Source: Subdoligranulum sp. APC924/74
GTDB taxonomy: Bacteria > Bacteroidota > Bacteroidia > Bacteroidales > Bacteroidaceae
Direction: 5' to 3'
NCBI GenBank assembly: GCA_963600595.1
Contig: CAVCCB010000001.1
Location: 1 to 48,388 of the forward strand
DNA length: 48,388 nt
Shown: piece after piece, positions 45,090 through 48,388 of the stretch
How the letters are laid out: every line of letters begins with the position of its first letter
Numbering within the stretch: the first letter of the stretch is position 1
Position numbers and translations under genes: made by a program
The notes under the pieces: generated by a model
What the model was told of the DNA's origin: nothing
Database searches by the model: none
What the model saw: only the letters and a program-made list of their open reading frames with translations

Positions 45090-46748
45090 TTATACAAAGA
45101 ACATAACGATAATCTGGGCGATGACCACCCTGACGAACATGCCGAGCGGATAGACCGTGGCGTAGCTGACGCTCGGCGTGTCGCCGTCGATGGTCTCGTT
45201 GGCATAGGTCAATGCCATCGGGTTCGCCATACTGCCGCAGAGGATGCCGCAGATACTGCCGAAGTCATACTTGCGGGTCTTCAACATCACGAGCCCGATG
45301 ATGACCACAGGCACCACTGTAATGGCGAAGCCGATGCCCACCCACATGATGCCCTCGGGCCGGACTACTGTCTCGAAGAACTGTCCGCCTGCATCCAGTC
45401 CCAAACAGCCGAGATACAAAGACAAGCCCAGTTGCCGGAGCATCAAGCCCGCACTGCGGGTCGTATAAGATATAAAATGTACGCGAGGCCCCAGGGCACC
45501 GATCAGAATACCCATCACGATAGGACCGCCGGCAATACCAAGGCGCACAGGGGTCGTCATACCCGGGATGTTAATAGGTATGGTTCCAATGGCAAGACCC
45601 AGGATGATTCCCAGAAAGATGGAACCGAGGTTAGGCTCGTTCAGCGTCTTCACCGCATTGCCCAGGAACTGCTCCACATGGTCTATGGAGTCGGGGTCGC
45701 CCACCACCGTAAGTCGGTCGCCATATTGCAGACGGAGATCGTCGGTGGCAAGCAGACGGATATCACCGCGAAGTACGCGGCTCACATTGACACCATATGT
45801 ATTGCGGAGCTGCAGATGTCCCAGGATCTTGCCGTTCAATCCCGTGCGGGTAAGCACGATGACACGGCTCTCCACCTTGGCGTCGATGGCATTCCAGTCC
45901 ACCTTGTCATTGTTCCATTCCTTGTCCACCTTCTTTCCGAAGAGGATGGACATTGCCGACACCTCGTCCTTGTTGGTCACCACCAGCACATTGTCATTGG
46001 TGCGAAGAACGGTGTCTGCTTGAGGGACGATCACTTGTCCGTCTCTCCAAACCCTGGAGATGATAAACTTGCGGTGGGTCATCATCGAGATTTCGGCAAT
46101 GGTGTTGCCGTTGAGTGCCGGGTTCACGATGACATACTGTCCGATGGCGGTATGGTCATCCTCGTCTTCCTTATGGATTTCCAGGTCACGGGGTTTTACA
46201 AAAAACTTTCTCAACAGCATCATTGCCAGGATGACGCCCACCACACCCAAGGGGTAAGTCACGGCACATCCCAATGCCGCCCCACCGCTGGGCTTGCCCA
46301 ACTGCTGCAATGCCTGCTGGGCGGCACCAAGGGCTGGTGTGTTGGTGGTGGCTCCGCAGAGGATGCCCACCATGTCGGGCAGGCTCACGGGCAGTACCCA
46401 GCACAATGCCAGTGAAAGCAGGGTTCCCACGAGCATCACCGCCAGGCTCCAGAGGTTGAGCGAGATGCCCTCGCGCCGCATGGAGCCGAGGAAGTTGGGA
46501 CCCACGTAGAGTCCCAGTACATAGACAAACATCGTCAGTCCGAAGCTCTCTGCGAACTCCAGCATGTTGTGGTCTACCGTCACCCCAAAGTGACCCACCA
46601 CGATGCCAGTGAAGAAAACGAAGGCGACGCCCAATGATATGCCCCTCACATGAACCTTGCCGAGGGCGAGGCCAAGTGAACATATCAGAGAAATGATGAC
46701 GATGGCTTGCACCGCCGAATGTATGTTGACTAATCCATCAAACCACAT
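45090..46748 (-). CDS. AspT/YidE/YbjL-family transporter with TrkA-C domains
   Basis: GATTNTPALGAA, YPLGVVG, two RCK-C-like repeats, GSMANP, YATVYPL; start MWFDG after the promoter at 46779-46786. Confidence 0.9.
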   Translation of the reverse strand: MWFDGLVNIHSAVQAIVIISLICSLGLALGKVHVRGISLGVAFVFFTGIVVGHFGVTVDHNMLEFAESFGLTMFVYVLGLYVGPNFLGSMRREGISLNLWSLAVMLVGTLLSLALCWVLPVSLPDMVGILCGATTNTPALGAAQQALQQLGKPSGGAALGCAVTYPLGVVGVILAMMLLRKFFVKPRDLEIHKEDEDDHTAIGQYVIVNPALNGNTIAEISMMTHRKFIISRVWRDGQVIVPQADTVLRTNDNVLVVTNKDEVSAMSILFGKKVDKEWNNDKVDWNAIDAKVESRVIVLTRTGLNGKILGHLQLRNTYGVNVSRVLRGDIRLLATDDLRLQYGDRLTVVGDPDSIDHVEQFLGNAVKTLNEPNLGSIFLGIILGLAIGTIPINIPGMTTPVRLGIAGGPIVMGILIGALGPRVHFISYTTRSAGLMLRQLGLSLYLGCLGLDAGGQFFETVVRPEGIMWVGIGFAITVVPVVIIGLVMLKTRKYDFGSICGILCGSMANPMALTYANETIDGDTPSVSYATVYPLGMFVRVVIAQIIVMFFV

Positions 46749-46999
46749 GATTTCCGTCTGTATTTTAAAATTCGGGTGCAAAGGTACAAAAAATTAGAGA
46801 AACACCAATATTTATCCATCTTTTTTTCGTTCCATCCGCATTCCGCTTCTTTTTCTTACCTTTGCCCTGTCTTGCCGCGGATGGCGGGCAATGAGTTGCC
46901 TGCCAAGCAAAGGCCGCGGAAAAGCTCGCCTTTGTTCTAAGCAAAAAGATACTCTCTTCATATAGCCAAAATAAATCCCTCTTTTCTGCCCCATTTCCG

Positions 47000-47040
47000 A
47001 TTTATCTGCCTCATTTGCCACCCAAATGAGGCAGATAAAT
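47000..47040. repeat. Perfect 18-bp inverted repeat upstream of the fic promoter
   Basis: ATTTATCTGCCTCATTTG-CCACC-CAAATGAGGCAGATAAAT; -7 element TAATTTTG at 47074-47081. Confidence 0.8.
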
Positions 47041-47116
47041 TTGTTTTTGGGCAGATATGTGAGAAAATAATCGTAATTTTGCACCCGATAATACAAACCC
47101 AATAAATATTACAGGC

Positions 47117-48163
47117 ATGCATCAGTTCGATTATAAAGATACCCCTAAGCAATTGCTGACCCCTTCCATCGTCAGTCAAATTGCAGCACTTCATGAATAC
47201 AAGGGTAAACAAGAACTCTACATTTCGGCAAAGGCCGACACCCTTTCCGCCCTGTTGGAAATAGCAAAGATACAAAGTACAAAAGCATCCAATAGCATCG
47301 AAGGCATCTACACCTCCGACGAGCGTCTTCATGCCCTTGTCGTAGAGAAAGCCGAACCCCGAAGTCGCTCGGAGGAAGAGATTGTCGGTTATCGAGAAGT
47401 ACTCACCACCATTCATGAAAACTATGAGTATATCCCTATTCGCCCCAACAACCTACTGCAACTACATCGTGATCTTTACTCTTTCGGCGGAAAGGAAGCT
47501 GGAGGACGTTTCAAGAATACAGACAATATCATCGCAGAAACAGACCAAGAGGGAAAGGAGCGTATCAGGTTCAAGCCTGTCCCTGCTTTCCAAACTCCAG
47601 AAGCAATAGAAGACCTTTGCCTGGCATTCAACGAAGCCTTGGACAAAAGCGAGTATGATGCCCTGTTGCTGATTCCTATGTTCGTGCTTGACTTCCTCTC
47701 TATTCATCCATTCAATGATGGCAATGGCCGCATGAGTCGTTTGCTCACACTTCTCCTGCTCTATCGCAGTGGCTACATTGTAGGCAAATACATCAGTATC
47801 GAGATGCTTATAGAGAAGTCGAAGGAAACTTATTACGAAGTCCTAAAAGCGAGTTCCTTAGGATGGCACGAAAGCAAGAATGACTACCAACCATTTACAA
47901 GCTACTATCTTGGTGTCATCTTGAAAGCTTACCAAGAGTTCCAAGACAGAGTTGAGCATCTACATGGTAAGACACTTTCAAAGGCAGACCGCATCAAGTC
48001 TGTCTTCCAAAAGAGAATAGGCAAGATTACCAAGGCCGACATCTCTACCCTTTGCCCGGACATCAGTACCAGTACCATCGAACGAACATTAAAGGAAATG
48101 ATGGATGCTGGAGAAATCCAAAAAGTAGGGAAAGGAAGAGGTACGGGATACATTATCAAATAA
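47117..48163 (+). CDS. Fic-domain protein (class II, autoinhibited) with C-terminal winged HTH
   Basis: HPFNDGNGRMSR catalytic motif, N-terminal SNSIEG inhibitory motif, C-terminal KADISTLCPDISTSTIERTL...GKGRGTGY. Confidence 0.92.
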   Translation: MHQFDYKDTPKQLLTPSIVSQIAALHEYKGKQELYISAKADTLSALLEIAKIQSTKASNSIEGIYTSDERLHALVVEKAEPRSRSEEEIVGYREVLTTIHENYEYIPIRPNNLLQLHRDLYSFGGKEAGGRFKNTDNIIAETDQEGKERIRFKPVPAFQTPEAIEDLCLAFNEALDKSEYDALLLIPMFVLDFLSIHPFNDGNGRMSRLLTLLLLYRSGYIVGKYISIEMLIEKSKETYYEVLKASSLGWHESKNDYQPFTSYYLGVILKAYQEFQDRVEHLHGKTLSKADRIKSVFQKRIGKITKADISTLCPDISTSTIERTLKEMMDAGEIQKVGKGRGTGYIIK

Positions 48164-48260
48164 CTAAAGTTTCCCACTGTGAAGAAAAAACAGAAGACAC
48201 CTGTCAAGGATATTGCAAAAGTGGAGGAGATCAGAAAAAAATGGATGTAGCACAGCGAGT

Positions 48261-48357
48261 TGTCCAGCGCGCCCTGAAGGGGCAACCTGCGCCTAGCCCA
48301 GGGCAACACCCTGGGTTCGGTAGGACGTGTCCACGAACGCCCTGAAGGGGCAAAAGC
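48261..48357 (+). repeat. REP-like palindromic element
   Basis: CGCCCTGAAGGGGCAA twice (48270-48285, 48338-48353) flanking the hairpin CCCAGGG-CAACA-CCCTGGG (48297-48315). Confidence 0.75.
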
Positions 48358-48388
48358 GTTACTGTGTCCAACCTTGATTCCATCGTGA

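Overview
Bacteroidales (Prevotella-like) chromosomal window, judged from TAnnTTTG promoters, A-rich translation starts and the gene families present. Left to right: 5' end of a type III glutamine synthetase; a His/Cys-rich upstream ORF ending in RAPP, followed by a TonB-dependent receptor; a PIF1-like helicase; a palindrome-rich AT-rich islet with an orphan secreted protein; an AraC regulator divergent from a TolC/HlyD/ABC efflux operon; a 22.6-kb, 23-gene minus-strand aryl-polyene/flexirubin-like (type II FAS/PKS) lipid cluster headed by a UpxY/NusG-type antiterminator; a DUF4353 lipoprotein-VTC-DUF4956-DUF2490-LytS/LytTR operon; then EamA, RluA, an AspT/YidE transporter, a Fic protein and a REP-like element. 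The best candidates for undescribed biology are: (1) a metal-sensing ribosome-arrest leader whose last RAPP codon begins a 10-bp stem pairing with the receptor's translation-initiation region; (2) the antiterminator-led, rearranged polyene-lipid cluster; (3) the VTC polyphosphate envelope module with a LytTR-type direct repeat at its promoter. No rRNA, tRNA, CRISPR array, integrase or transposase was recognised. All family assignments come from motif recognition by eye, not from database searches.
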